Shown here: positions 7,729-17,927 of the stretch, piece by piece | How the letters are laid out: every line of letters starts with the position of its first letter | Position numbering within the stretch: the first letter of the stretch is position 1 | NCBI GenBank assembly: GCA_003483855.1 | Contig: DMXP01000002.1 | Span: forward strand, 56,851 to 112,713 | Length of the DNA: 55,863 bases | Direction: 5' to 3' | Source: Candidatus Yonathbacteria bacterium | Lineage (GTDB): Bacteria > Patescibacteriota > Minisyncoccia > Phycocordibacterales > UBA1550 | Notes under the pieces: generated by a model | Databases searched by the model: none | What the model was told of the DNA's origin: nothing | What the model saw: only the letters and a program-made list of their open reading frames with translations | Made by a program: the position numbers and the translations under genes

Positions 7729-9225
7729 TTACTTCTTCCCAAAAAGTTTCTGAGCGATTGCTCCTATTGCGCTGTTTTTGTCCAAGTAGTTTCTAATATG
7801 GCGTTTTGCCATTGTTGTTTTAGCGTAATCCAACCATTTTCTTTTTGGGCTCGCGCTCTCTTTTGTTTCTATTTCAACGATGTCTCCGTTTTTAAGTTTT
7901 GTATCTATGGAAACAAGTTTTCCGTTTACTTTCGCGCTTGAAACATGGTCACCGATATTTGAGTGAATAGTGTACGCTAGGTCAATCGGGCAAGAATCCT
8001 CCGGAAGGTCAATGACGTCTCCTTTTGGCGTGTATACGAAAACTCGATTCTTAAAGAAATCCATATTAAGGTGCTCCAAAAATTCATCGGACGTGGCAAC
8101 TGTCTTTTGCCATTTTGCGAGTTCCTTTACCCACGCCATATTCTTGTCCAAGTCGCCATTTGAACCACCTTTTTCCTTGTAGGATAGGTGTGAGGCGATA
8201 CCATACTGCGCCTCCTCGTGCATTTCCTCCGTGCGAATCTGTATTTCAATAATACCTCCATCACCGCGAAAAATAGTGGTGTGAAGCGAGCGATACCCGT
8301 TTGCTTTTTCGCTTGCAATATAGTCTTTGATTCGTCCTGGAACTGGTATCCAGTGTTTGTGAATGATGCCGAGTGTCCTGTAGCAGTCTTCCACAGTTTT
8401 CACAATAACCCGCACAGCAAGGATGTCGTACACCTTGTTCGGGTCCATCTCTTTTCTTTTGAGTTTTTTCCAAAGACTAAAAAGATTTTTCACGCGGTAG
8501 TCTACACGCGCGTTTTTTATGCCGTTTGCAACAAGCTCCTTCTGAATAGAGTGATGCATCTTCTCCGCGTATTTCTCATCGGCAATTCTTTTTGTTTTTA
8601 TGACTGCGACAACCTTTTCGTAATCTTCAGGAAAGGCGTACGGGAAAGCAGAGTCTTCAAAGATTGCTTTCCACTTTCCCATACCAAATCTATCAGCTAG
8701 GCGAGCGTGTATTTCCAGCGTCTCTAAAGCGATTCGTTTTCTTTTTTCTTCTGGCACATGCTCTAGTGTTTGAATATTGTGTAGGCGATCGGCGAGCTTG
8801 ATAAGTAGCACACGGATATCGTGCGACATTGCGATGAAGAATTTTCTCAGACTTTCCACATGTCGTTCAACTCCATGATAACGAAGTTTACCAAGCTTTG
8901 TTGCCCCTTCTACGAGTGTCAAAACTTCATTTCCAAATTCTTCTTCAATATTTCTAGGTGTTATGGACGCGTCTTCAAGTGCATCGTGCAGAAGCCCTGC
9001 AGCGATTGTTTCAGCGTCCACATTGATAGCGGCGAGATAGCTTCCAACATTCGCAAGATGGCAAAAATACGGTTCCCCGGAATAGCGTTTTTGACCCTCG
9101 TGAGCTTTTTGGGAAAACTCGTATGCCTTTTTTATCAATACAGCATCTTCTTTTGTGTGTTTTTTGAGTAGCGCGATAATATCCTCGGCTGTCGGGCAAT
9201 CCTTGTAGTCTTTAGGGGTAAACAT
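7729..9225 (-). CDS. rel: RelA/SpoT homologue (HD hydrolase, synthetase, TGS; C-terminal ZFD/ACT absent)
   Basis: AHEGQKRYSGEPY..H, LLHDALED, KLADRLHN, GRIKDY, YRSLHT, EIQIRT, VFVYTPKG (TGS). Confidence 0.92.
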   Translation of the reverse strand: MFTPKDYKDCPTAEDIIALLKKHTKEDAVLIKKAYEFSQKAHEGQKRYSGEPYFCHLANVGSYLAAINVDAETIAAGLLHDALEDASITPRNIEEEFGNEVLTLVEGATKLGKLRYHGVERHVESLRKFFIAMSHDIRVLLIKLADRLHNIQTLEHVPEEKRKRIALETLEIHARLADRFGMGKWKAIFEDSAFPYAFPEDYEKVVAVIKTKRIADEKYAEKMHHSIQKELVANGIKNARVDYRVKNLFSLWKKLKRKEMDPNKVYDILAVRVIVKTVEDCYRTLGIIHKHWIPVPGRIKDYIASEKANGYRSLHTTIFRGDGGIIEIQIRTEEMHEEAQYGIASHLSYKEKGGSNGDLDKNMAWVKELAKWQKTVATSDEFLEHLNMDFFKNRVFVYTPKGDVIDLPEDSCPIDLAYTIHSNIGDHVSSAKVNGKLVSIDTKLKNGDIVEIETKESASPKRKWLDYAKTTMAKRHIRNYLDKNSAIGAIAQKLFGKK

Positions 9226-9262
9226 CTATCCATATTATGGGAATAGGTCAGGAAAAGCAAAC

Positions 9263-9293
9263 GCCCCCATTTTCGCGATGCGAAAATGGGGGC
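9263..9293 (-). terminator. 14-bp stem hairpin downstream of ORF 9317-9562
   Basis: GCCCCCATTTTCGC-GAT-GCGAAAATGGGGGC. Confidence 0.65.
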
Positions 9294-9316
9294 TGGGTTT
9301 ATCATGACACAAAAAC

Positions 9317-9562
9317 CTAAATAAGATCATATGCGACAGAATAGTAGCTTTTTACATTTATTCCGTCATCACAAAGAACCATTCCTTTGTTTACATAACA
9401 ACTGTTGTCGCATTTATATTGAGCAGACTTGTTTCCGTTGTTCGCACGATCAACCAAATCCTCCAGACTTTTTCTCAGCTTGCGGGAATCTCTGAATTCA
9501 AGTTTCCAAACAAACCAAGCTAGCAAAAGGACGACAGCAATCACTCCTAGTTTTTCAAACAT
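9317..9562 (-). CDS. Hypothetical single-TM protein with three Cys
   Basis: GGAGG SD 5 nt upstream; N-terminal hydrophobic helix. Confidence 0.65.
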   Translation of the reverse strand: MFEKLGVIAVVLLLAWFVWKLEFRDSRKLRKSLEDLVDRANNGNKSAQYKCDNSCYVNKGMVLCDDGINVKSYYSVAYDLI

Positions 9563-9600
9563 AATAACCTCCGTAAGTAATATCTATCGAAAGACTATAC

Positions 9601-11826
9601 TTATTTCCCCTTGGCGTCAATCCTCGCTTTTTCCAACTTGTGTGGGTTATGGTTGGGGCAGGTCTTGTCACTGCATCTTTCTGGTATCGTTTTTGTACCA
9701 TCCATCATGAGTGAACCACAAGGAGTGCCATCTACTTTTGGATACTGACAAATTTTTCCAGTTGGCTTTGCCTTTATAGCGTACTTGCAGTCAGGGTAGC
9801 CGGTGCAACTATAAAAAATTCCAAAACGCCCTTTGCGCTCAGTCATAAAACCTTTTTTGCAAACAGGACACCCAACACCGGTGTGATTTAGGAGCGCGGC
9901 AGTCTCGTCTTTTTTAATAAATTTACACTTTGGGTAACTTCCGCAAGCGATGAAGCGACCGAAACGCCCGTCACGCTCAACAAGGTTTGCTTTTTCGCAC
10001 TTTGGACAAAGCTCGCCCGTGTCACGCGGTCCCTCTAGCTCCTCGCCGTCAATTGTGCGCGCGCCTTCACAATCTGGATATTTTTTACATGAAAGAAATT
10101 TTCCGTTGCGAGCGAGTTTGATAATCATCGGGCCATTGCACTTTGGACATTTGTGCTTTGGGTCAGCATCTCCCATATTTGTTTGCTTCTCAATTTCATC
10201 CTTTGCCTTTAGGTCCTTCGTAAAGGGTACATAAAATTCTTTGAGAACTTTTACATACTCGCGTTCGCCGTTTGCTATATCGTCAAGCTTGTTTTCCATC
10301 TCTGCGGTAAATGTATCAGAAATATAATTAGCAAAATGTTCCTCAAGGAATGAGCTCACCACGTCGCCAGTATCTGTGGGCTTCAAAGTTTTTCCGTCTT
10401 TAATCACATACCCTCGGTCGCAAATAGTTTTTATAATAGAAGCGTAAGTAGAAGGACGACCAATGTCGCGCTTTTCAAGCTCTTTTACGAGCCCTGCTTC
10501 AGAGTAGCGGGAAGGTGGTTCTGTAAACTTTGCTTCATCGTTCAAAGAAAGAAGGATGAGGGACTCGCCCTCGGCAACTTTTGGAAGCTCCACATCCTCG
10601 CCACGAGAGTCTGGGTCCGCGGATAGCCAGCCGGGCATAATGACACGTGAGCCTGTGACGGAAAAGTTTGGTATTGAAAAATCACGAACGTTTGCGAGTA
10701 TGGTTGTCCTTGCGAGCTTCGCATCCACCATTTGCGACGCCATTGTACGCGCCCAGATAAGTTTGTAAAGTTTTTTCTCCTCGGGGTTGATGCCAAGATT
10801 GTCCTTGCTCATATCGGTAGGGCGTATAGCCTCGTGCGCTTCCTGCGCGTTCTTTGATTTTGTTTTATACACACGCGCTTCCGCAGACGATGCGCCGTAG
10901 CGTTTCGTTGCCTCTGCTATAACTGCTTTCTGAGCATCAGCAGAAAGTGTCGTGCTGTCGGTACGCATATATGTGATGAAACCTTTTTCGTAAAGCTTCT
11001 GCGCGATGCCCATTGTGCGCGAAGGCGCAAAGCCGAAACGAGACGAGCCCGCTTGCTGGAGAGTGGATGTGATAAACGGCGCTTTTGGCGCGCGACCAAC
11101 TTCGCTTTCTTTCACTTCACGCACAATCCACTGATTTGAGCGACCAATTTTTAAAATATCTTTTCCGATTTTTTCATCGCGAGGTTCCTCAGTACATGAA
11201 AGTTCAAGTTCAAAACCTTTCTCAGTTTTTACTTTTGCGGTGAGCGACCAATATGCCTCGGGAATGAACGCGCGGATTTCACGCTCACGCTCCATGATGA
11301 TACGGAGAGCAGGGGACTGCACGCGCCCAGCCGAAAGGCCGTAACGCACTTTTTTCCAAATGAGCCCCGAAAGGTCGTATCCTACGAGTCTGTCCAAAAC
11401 ACGACGCGCCTCTTGCGCTTTGCGAAGGTTCTGATCAATCTTACGTGGGTGTGCGATAGCTTCCTCAATGGCAGTCTTGGTAATCTCGTGGTACGTAACA
11501 CGCTTTGGGTTTTTTAGTTTGCACGCCTCTGCAATGTGCCATGCGATAGCTTCACCCTCACGGTCGGGGTCGGTTGCGAGCAACACCTCGCTTGCTTTTT
11601 TTGCGAGAGAATCAATCTCAGAGAGCACCTCCGCTTTTCCTTTTGAAATTTCGTAATGAGGAATAAAGCCACCGGGAATGTCTATAGCTTGCTTGTTTGA
11701 TTTTGGAAGGTCGCGTACGTGTCCTACGCTCGCCTTCACGATGTAATCATCGCCGAGATATTTTCCAATCGTCTTTGCCTTTGATGGTGACTCGACAATC
11801 AGAAGCTTGTATTGTTTAACAGTCAT
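9601..11826 (-). CDS. topA: DNA topoisomerase I with C-terminal Zn ribbons
   Basis: LLIVESPSKAKTI, ATDPDREGE, SAGRVQ, ITYMRTDS (catalytic Tyr), repeated CxxC ribbons. Confidence 0.97.
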   Translation of the reverse strand: MTVKQYKLLIVESPSKAKTIGKYLGDDYIVKASVGHVRDLPKSNKQAIDIPGGFIPHYEISKGKAEVLSEIDSLAKKASEVLLATDPDREGEAIAWHIAEACKLKNPKRVTYHEITKTAIEEAIAHPRKIDQNLRKAQEARRVLDRLVGYDLSGLIWKKVRYGLSAGRVQSPALRIIMEREREIRAFIPEAYWSLTAKVKTEKGFELELSCTEEPRDEKIGKDILKIGRSNQWIVREVKESEVGRAPKAPFITSTLQQAGSSRFGFAPSRTMGIAQKLYEKGFITYMRTDSTTLSADAQKAVIAEATKRYGASSAEARVYKTKSKNAQEAHEAIRPTDMSKDNLGINPEEKKLYKLIWARTMASQMVDAKLARTTILANVRDFSIPNFSVTGSRVIMPGWLSADPDSRGEDVELPKVAEGESLILLSLNDEAKFTEPPSRYSEAGLVKELEKRDIGRPSTYASIIKTICDRGYVIKDGKTLKPTDTGDVVSSFLEEHFANYISDTFTAEMENKLDDIANGEREYVKVLKEFYVPFTKDLKAKDEIEKQTNMGDADPKHKCPKCNGPMIIKLARNGKFLSCKKYPDCEGARTIDGEELEGPRDTGELCPKCEKANLVERDGRFGRFIACGSYPKCKFIKKDETAALLNHTGVGCPVCKKGFMTERKGRFGIFYSCTGYPDCKYAIKAKPTGKICQYPKVDGTPCGSLMMDGTKTIPERCSDKTCPNHNPHKLEKARIDAKGK

Positions 11827-11868
11827 TAACGTACATTAGTACTATGAAGTGATTTATTTTGCAAATTG

Positions 11869-12741
11869 TTAGACTCTTTCAATTTTACCCATACGCTCCT
11901 TAATCAAGCCTTTGATTTCTAAAACGGTAAGTACTGAAAGTGTTTGTGATGGTGGAGTATCAAGCGATGCGATTATTTCTTCGCGCTCGCGTGGTTCATC
12001 TAATAGTATAAGCACCGCCTGTTCCTCGGGTGTGAAAAGCGTGAGATCAAGCGCGCCGAAAGTCTGTTCTACAAAACCAATTTCTTCAAGCAAGTCTTTT
12101 GCAGATGTAATCGGTGTCGCGCCTTGGCGAAGAAGATTGTTTGTGCCTTTTGATGTTGCGGAGAAAATTGGGCCAGGGACTACAAAAACATTTTTATTGT
12201 AATCCAGCGCCATACGCGCGGTTATGAGAGTCCCTGATTTTTCTTCTGCTTCTATAATTAGCACGCCTTGGGAAAGCCCCGCCATTATCCTGTTGCGCTG
12301 AGGGAAGCTCCACGGAGTCGCGCGAAAGTCCGGCTCATATTCGGAAAGAAGCGCGCCGTCATTTTCTACAATCTCTCTTGCGAGATTTAAATGTGTGCGT
12401 GGATAAATAACAGACTGGGCAAGCCCCGAGCCCGGTACCGCGATAGTGCGAAGACCAGCGTCAAGCGCCGCGCGATGCGCAATGCCGTCAATACCCATTG
12501 CGAGTCCTGAAACGATTACAATAGGGTAGCCAGCGAGTCCTTTTATTATTCGCTCGCATGCTTCTTTGCCGTAGCTTGTGTACTTGCGTGAGCCAACGAC
12601 AGACAAATAGTAGTAGTCCTTTGGGTCTGGGAGCTCACCTGCCAAGAAAAGCTTTTCCGGAGGCTGAGGAATTTCCAAAAGGGCTTTTGGAAATTCCTCA
12701 GGCGAAAGCGTAGTAATAGTATATGAATCTGAGGAGTTCAT
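11869..12741 (-). CDS. dprA: DNA-processing protein DprA
   Basis: SVVGSRKYTSYG, IVSGLAMGID, FPQRNRIMAG, SGTLITA; start set at MNSSDSY (12741) because the longer ORF overlaps serS antisense. Confidence 0.93.
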   Translation of the reverse strand: MNSSDSYTITTLSPEEFPKALLEIPQPPEKLFLAGELPDPKDYYYLSVVGSRKYTSYGKEACERIIKGLAGYPIVIVSGLAMGIDGIAHRAALDAGLRTIAVPGSGLAQSVIYPRTHLNLAREIVENDGALLSEYEPDFRATPWSFPQRNRIMAGLSQGVLIIEAEEKSGTLITARMALDYNKNVFVVPGPIFSATSKGTNNLLRQGATPITSAKDLLEEIGFVEQTFGALDLTLFTPEEQAVLILLDEPREREEIIASLDTPPSQTLSVLTVLEIKGLIKERMGKIERV

Positions 12742-12784
12742 AATTTTACTCATTCTATCATGTTTGCTATACTCAGTCATACAT

Positions 12785-14050
12785 ATGTTAGACATCAAAT
12801 TCATTCGTGAGAATGCGGAGCTCGTAAAGGAGGCGGCGCAGAAAAAGAACATTGCTTTTGACGTGCAGGAGCTTTTGAGCGCCGACGACAACCGCAAGGC
12901 AATTTTAGCCGAGGTGGAAGCAATGCGTAGCAAGCAAAACGAGATTGCCGACGCTGTGCCACGCGCGGAAAATGTAGAGGCGCGCGAAAAGCTTATAGCT
13001 GAATCAAAGTCATTGAAGGATATTCTACAGACTAAGGAGACTGAACTCACTTCGGCGATGCACACATGGCAGGCACTAATGGTGCAAGTGCCAAACATCC
13101 CAGATATGTCGGTACCTGACGGAAAGGATGACGCGGACAATGTGGAGGTGAGGGCATGGGGCACGATTCCCAAATTTGATTTTACGCCGAAGGATCACAT
13201 TGAACTTTTTGAAAAGCACGGCATGGCGGATTTTGAGCGAGGGACAAAAATTGCGGGTTTTCGCGGATATACGTTGAAAGGCGATGGCGCGCGATTCGTT
13301 TTTGCACTCTCGCAGTTTGTTTTGGAGGAGCTTTCTAAAGAAGGGTTTGAGCCGATGATTGTGCCATCTCTCGTGCGTCGCGCGCCACTCGTTGGCACAG
13401 GATTTTTGCCACAAGGAGAGGAGGATCTTTATAAAACTCAGGACGGAGATTTTCTTGCTGGTACTGCCGAGGTAGGCACGATGGGTCTTCATATGGATGA
13501 GGTGATGACTGTTTCAGATTTTCCGAAAAAATATCTTTCTTTTTCTCCAAGTTTTAGACGCGAGGCGGGAAGTCACAGCAAAGATACAAAAGGACTGATT
13601 CGTGTGCATGAATTTTTCAAATGGGAGCAAGTAATTTTGTGCGAGGCGAGCCACGAACAAAGTGTGAAGTTCCACGAGCACCTCACGGAGAATAGCGAGA
13701 AGCTTATGCAAAAGCTCGGCATACCATATCATGTGGTTTTAAACTGCGGTGGCGACTTGGGACTTGGGCAAGTAAAGAAGTACGACATAGAGGCATGGGT
13801 TCCTTCGCAAAACACATACCGAGAGACGCACTCCGCGTCATACTTTCATGATTTTCAAACCCGTCGTTTAAACATTCGTTATAAGGATGCCGAAGGAAAA
13901 CTTCGTTTTGCGCACTCACTCAACAACACGGCAATTGCGATGCCACGCATCTTGGTTCCACTTGTAGAAAACTATCAAAACGCTGACGGTTCTATAACAA
14001 TCCCTGAAGTCCTTCGTCCATATATGGGAGGCAAAGAAAAGATTGGGTAA
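12785..14050 (+). CDS. serS: Serine--tRNA ligase
   Basis: MLDIKFIREN start, FRREAGS..D.KGLIRVHEF.K.EQ motif 2, HSLNNTAIA..R motif 3. Confidence 0.96.
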   Translation: MLDIKFIRENAELVKEAAQKKNIAFDVQELLSADDNRKAILAEVEAMRSKQNEIADAVPRAENVEAREKLIAESKSLKDILQTKETELTSAMHTWQALMVQVPNIPDMSVPDGKDDADNVEVRAWGTIPKFDFTPKDHIELFEKHGMADFERGTKIAGFRGYTLKGDGARFVFALSQFVLEELSKEGFEPMIVPSLVRRAPLVGTGFLPQGEEDLYKTQDGDFLAGTAEVGTMGLHMDEVMTVSDFPKKYLSFSPSFRREAGSHSKDTKGLIRVHEFFKWEQVILCEASHEQSVKFHEHLTENSEKLMQKLGIPYHVVLNCGGDLGLGQVKKYDIEAWVPSQNTYRETHSASYFHDFQTRRLNIRYKDAEGKLRFAHSLNNTAIAMPRILVPLVENYQNADGSITIPEVLRPYMGGKEKIG

Positions 14051-14058
14051 ATAATTTT

Positions 14059-14904
14059 ATGACACGTTTGACGAATATTTTTCTCCGTCTCCGTGAACAA
14101 TCTCAAATCTGGTTTAGCAGGTTTATTATTCTCGTTCTTCTTGGACTTATTTTTTTTGTCGCAGGTGGTGGAGTATCGCATAATAAAAAATGGCAGATTA
14201 TTCAGATAAATGTAGAGGGCGCGAATGCGGTTTCTTCGGACGAGATTCGCGAAATTGCGCTTGAAAAAATACTTGGAAATTATTTCCTAGTGTACGCAAG
14301 AAACAATAGCCATTTGTTTCCAGAGAGTGAAATTGCTCAAACGCTTCTGCACACTTTTCCTCGTATCGCGAGTGTTTCAGCAGTTCGCGACGATGAGCAC
14401 ACAATCACTATAAATATTTCTGAACGTAAACCATATGTGCTTTGGTGCGGGGAAGAACAAAGCTCAAAAGATTGCTGGTTTATAGATGAGGGCGGATTTG
14501 TGTTTGACAAAGCGCCGGAGTTTTCAAAAGGCGTGTATATAGAAGTATACGGAAAGCTTGTAGAAAAAAACGCTGAGAAACCACTTCGCGCATCTGTGCC
14601 ATTTGATAGATTTGCTGTAGCAAATACTTTCGTAAAACTTCTTCGTGAAAGTATCGGTAAACCATTTCGCATTGCATTAAAACCGGAAGATGAAATTGAA
14701 GTCACTATGTACACAAGCGCCAAACATCCGTTTCTCGCGGATGTTGCAATACGATTTAATGATGCATCAGACCCCGCGGTTCTAATAAACAATTTAGAAA
14801 AAGCGATATTAACTCAATTTCCAAATAACACTTCACCTAAAAAGAAACTTCAATATATAGATATGCGCTTTGGAAGCAAGGTCATCTTTGGGTTTGAACA
14901 GTAG
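14059..14904 (+). CDS. FtsQ/DivIB-like cell division protein (TM plus POTRA)
   Basis: N-terminal TM helix, I.VEGAN..S POTRA start, I.ERKP, C-terminal YIDMRFG. Confidence 0.75.
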   Translation: MTRLTNIFLRLREQSQIWFSRFIILVLLGLIFFVAGGGVSHNKKWQIIQINVEGANAVSSDEIREIALEKILGNYFLVYARNNSHLFPESEIAQTLLHTFPRIASVSAVRDDEHTITINISERKPYVLWCGEEQSSKDCWFIDEGGFVFDKAPEFSKGVYIEVYGKLVEKNAEKPLRASVPFDRFAVANTFVKLLRESIGKPFRIALKPEDEIEVTMYTSAKHPFLADVAIRFNDASDPAVLINNLEKAILTQFPNNTSPKKKLQYIDMRFGSKVIFGFEQ

Positions 14905-14938
14905 AAATGAACGCACAAATTGTGATAGAGTGCGTGTA

Positions 14939-15982
14939 ATGAAGAAAGACGAATCGCAAAAGCCAATAATGGGATTTTGGGCAGACTTGCCAAAGCCTTT
15001 TTTTGTGTCTGCGCCGATGGCGGATGTGACTGATTCTGCATTTAGGCAGATGATTGCAAAGTACAGCAGACATGGCGAGAAAGGCGGTGGCCCAGATGTA
15101 TTCTGGACGGAGTTTGTTTCCGCAGACGGACTTTGTAGCGCTGGGCGAAAGGTTTTGAAAAGAGATCTAGCGTTTGGTGAAAACGAGCATCCAATTGTCG
15201 CGCAGATTTTTGGTTCAACGCCAGAGCATATGAAAAAAACTGCTGAGCTCATCAAAGAGCTTGGTTTTGACGGCATTGATATCAATATGGGTTGTCCAGA
15301 TAGAAGTATAGAGAAACAGGGAGCAGGCGCCGCGCATATTAAAAATCCAAAACTAGCTCAGGAAATAATTCGCGCGGTAATGGATGGCGCTGGTGATATG
15401 CCAGTTTCTGTAAAAACTCGTGTTGGGTACAACAAGGAAAATCTGGAAGAATGGATTGGAGCAATTTTGGAAACAAAACCTGCGGTGATTACCGTGCACG
15501 CGCGCACGCGAAAAGAGCTTTCACTCGTCCCTGCAAACTGGGACTATGTAGCTCACGCAAAAAAACTCGCAGATGGGACTGGCACGCTCATCATTGGTAA
15601 CGGAGATGTGAAAGACATTGCTGATGCGAATGAAAAAGCGCGCGCGACTGGCGCGGATGGGGTGATGCTTGGTCGCGCGATGTTTGGCACGCCGTGGCTA
15701 TTTGATCGCGAGCGTAAAGAGCCACCCACACTAGCGGAGAAATTTGAAATACTTATTGAGCACACGCATCTCTTTGAAAAACTTCTTGGCGACGTAAAGA
15801 ACTTTGCCATTATGAAAAAACACTACAAAGCGTACGTTCACGGCTTTGATGGCGCAAAAGAACTCCGCGTGCATATGATGGACGCAAAAAACGCCGACGA
15901 GGTGGAGGGGATTGCGCGGGATTTTTTGAAAATTTATAACCTTGGCATTATTCCTTGTCTGTGGTATTCTAAAAATAGATAA
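14939..15982 (+). CDS. dus: tRNA-dihydrouridine synthase (Dus family)
   Basis: APMADVTD, TEFVS, GIDINMGCP, VSVKTR, VHART, GNGDV, GVMLGRA. Confidence 0.93.
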   Translation: MKKDESQKPIMGFWADLPKPFFVSAPMADVTDSAFRQMIAKYSRHGEKGGGPDVFWTEFVSADGLCSAGRKVLKRDLAFGENEHPIVAQIFGSTPEHMKKTAELIKELGFDGIDINMGCPDRSIEKQGAGAAHIKNPKLAQEIIRAVMDGAGDMPVSVKTRVGYNKENLEEWIGAILETKPAVITVHARTRKELSLVPANWDYVAHAKKLADGTGTLIIGNGDVKDIADANEKARATGADGVMLGRAMFGTPWLFDRERKEPPTLAEKFEILIEHTHLFEKLLGDVKNFAIMKKHYKAYVHGFDGAKELRVHMMDAKNADEVEGIARDFLKIYNLGIIPCLWYSKNR

Positions 15983-16006
15983 CTTTCACAGAAAGGTAGG
16001 CCAGAG

Positions 16007-16381
16007 ATGAATCTTCGGACGTTAGTCCTTCGGTACCGGGACACAAGCCACGGCCCCGAAGCAGTCATTGAGGTTGCTGTGGATGGCGGTGGTGCTGGAG
16101 TGTTTTTTGTTCAACATTCAATACAGGCGAATGAAACAATGTTGTGCAGGATACTCACATTTCTCACCTTGGGCGATGCGATTGCGTGTTTCAGCGGTTA
16201 CGAGCATCCTCCTCCGTTGTTTCAGAAAGACGTTACCGACGAGTCACTTTTTGAACTAGTGAAGCGATCAATCGGAGATCCGGCAGGTAAACCCCCGGGG
16301 GAAATGGTCGAGGAACCCAGCACGGGTATTGTCGGTGAATGTTATTATCAAACAGTATTGCATATCGTTCTAGAAGCATAA
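16007..16381 (+). CDS. Hypothetical protein
   Basis: AAAGGTAGG SD 6 nt upstream; own terminator; no recognisable motif. Confidence 0.6.
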   Translation: MNLRTLVLRYRDTSHGPEAVIEVAVDGGGAGVFFVQHSIQANETMLCRILTFLTLGDAIACFSGYEHPPPLFQKDVTDESLFELVKRSIGDPAGKPPGEMVEEPSTGIVGECYYQTVLHIVLEA

Positions 16382-16403
16382 TGATTGGCTCGACGTGACA
16401 AGG

Positions 16404-16432
16404 AATCCCCGCATTTTCGCGGGGATTTTTTT
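16404..16432 (+). terminator. Intrinsic terminator
   Basis: AATCCCCGC-ATTTTC-GCGGGGATT followed by a T run. Confidence 0.75.
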
Positions 16433-16518
16433 GTGATATAGTGGGAGAAACAGAATACGAGTTTTGAATTGTGTCTGTATTTATTCTACATTCTATATTC
16501 CATATTCAACCCCACACC

Positions 16519-17550
16519 ATGTCCAACCTCGCCCTCTACACCAAATATCGCCCAAAATCCTTTGAAGAGGTAATAGGGCAGGAGCAGGTCATTAAAACAC
16601 TAGAGGGGGCTATCAAGGCTGGCAATATTGGGCATGCGTACCTTTTTTCAGGTTCTCGCGGTACTGGCAAAACCTCCATCGCGCGTATTTTTGCGCGAGC
16701 TATCGGCGCGCACGATGATGATATTTATGAAATAGATGCTGCATCAAATCGCGGTATTGATGACATTCGCGCGCTTCGCGACGCTGTGCATACTGTACCG
16801 ATGCACTCTAAATACAAAGTGTACATAATAGATGAGGCGCATATGCTGTCGCGAGAGGCATTTCCAGCGCTCCTGAAAACGTTAGAGGAGCCTCCAAAGC
16901 ATGTCGTGTTTATTCTCGCCACTACAGATGAAGAAAAGATTCCTGAAACTATTGTGTCTCGTTGTCAGAGTTTCCGTTTTGATAAACCTTCGCAAACAAC
17001 ATTAAAAACTCTTGTTGAAACTGTTTCAAAAAAAGAAGGTTACTCGCTAGAACCCGCATCGGCCGACCTCATTGCACTTTTAGGCGACGGGTCATTTCGT
17101 GACACGCTTGGGATTTTACAAAAAGTTATTGCATCGTCTTCTGATAAAAAGATTTCAGCGCAAGAAGTGGAGGCGGTTACTGGCGCGCCGGACAGCCGTT
17201 TGGTGAACTCATTTCTAAAGGCGATTGTAGCGCGTGATGTAGAAGCGGGATTAACCGCTTTACAAAGTGCCGTAGAACGCGGAGTGGAAGAAAGGGTGTT
17301 CCTTGATTTACTTCTTCGCAAGATGCGCGCAGTAATGATGTTTCGTTTCGTTGAGAATTCGCGAAAAGAAATGTCGGAAAATTTTCCTGCGGAAGATATA
17401 GCGCTCATAGAAGACCTCGCAAAAAACTCAATTCAAACACTAACTTCAAAAGAGCTCGCGGAAGTTTTGAAAGCGTACGAAAGCGTGCGAGTAGCAGTCG
17501 TGCCAGGACTCGCATTGGAAATCACACTCTTGCGTATCTGTGGCAAATAA
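16519..17550 (+). CDS. dnaX: DNA polymerase III gamma/tau subunit (short, gamma-like)
   Basis: LYTKYRPKSF, GSRGTGKTS, EIDAASNRGIDDIR, IIDEAHML, SRCQ, GSFRD. Confidence 0.93.
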   Translation: MSNLALYTKYRPKSFEEVIGQEQVIKTLEGAIKAGNIGHAYLFSGSRGTGKTSIARIFARAIGAHDDDIYEIDAASNRGIDDIRALRDAVHTVPMHSKYKVYIIDEAHMLSREAFPALLKTLEEPPKHVVFILATTDEEKIPETIVSRCQSFRFDKPSQTTLKTLVETVSKKEGYSLEPASADLIALLGDGSFRDTLGILQKVIASSSDKKISAQEVEAVTGAPDSRLVNSFLKAIVARDVEAGLTALQSAVERGVEERVFLDLLLRKMRAVMMFRFVENSRKEMSENFPAEDIALIEDLAKNSIQTLTSKELAEVLKAYESVRVAVVPGLALEITLLRICGK

Positions 17551-17609
17551 GGCGTTGCCGAATCATGCCTTTTGGTGTATTGTGCGTCATTATAAGTAGT
17601 AAATTGATC

Positions 17610-17630
17610 AGATCGTCTAATAGTATGGAT
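17610..17630 (+). repeat. Degenerate copy of the tRNA-Gln D-arm region upstream of the tRNA
   Basis: AGATCGTCTAATAGTA (17610-17625) vs AGATCGTCTAATGGTA (17701-17716), 15/16. Confidence 0.75.
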
Positions 17631-17696
17631 AATGAAACAGTGTGTAAACACTGTTTCATCCTGTCCGAAGGAATCGGTGTTGTTTGTATTCATTGC

Positions 17697-17767
17697 TGGG
17701 AGATCGTCTAATGGTAGGACAGCGGCCTTTGAAGCCGTCAATCTTGGTTCGATTCCAAGCCTCCCAG
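17697..17767 (+). tRNA. tRNA-Gln (anticodon UUG), CCA not encoded
   Basis: TGGGAGA-TC-GTCTAATGGTAGGAC-A-GCGGC-CTTTGAA-GCCGT-CAAT-CTTGG-TTCGATT-CCAAG-CCTCCCA-G cloverleaf. Confidence 0.95.
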
Positions 17768-17795
17768 CAATGAATATAAACCACCGATAGGGTGC

Positions 17796-17927
17796 CCTTT
17801 GAAGCCCGAATTTAAGTTTTTTACAAGCGAAGCGCTCCTTTATAAAAAAGCTGAAATTCGCGTCGCTGTGTTTCCCCTAGAAACACAAGGCGTGAACTAA
17901 TCTTGGTTCGATTCCAAGCCTCACAGC
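17796..17927 (+). repeat. Degenerate copy of the tRNA-Gln 3' half with a 92-nt hairpin-rich insert
   Basis: CCTTTGAAGCC (17796-17806) = 17726-17736; AATCTTGGTTCGATTCCAAGCCTCACAGC (17899-17927) = 17740-17768 at 28/29. Confidence 0.85.

Noticed and set aside
11869-13173. 434-aa ORF-track extension of dprA
   Set aside because: The N-terminal ~144 aa are the antisense shadow of serS; the DprA-like sequence and a TGATAGAAT promoter fit a start at 12741.
16519-17550. dnaX frameshift or truncation pseudogene
   Set aside because: The ORF is clean and covers clamp-loader domains I-III, with no continuation in other frames; short DnaX forms are unremarkable in reduced genomes.
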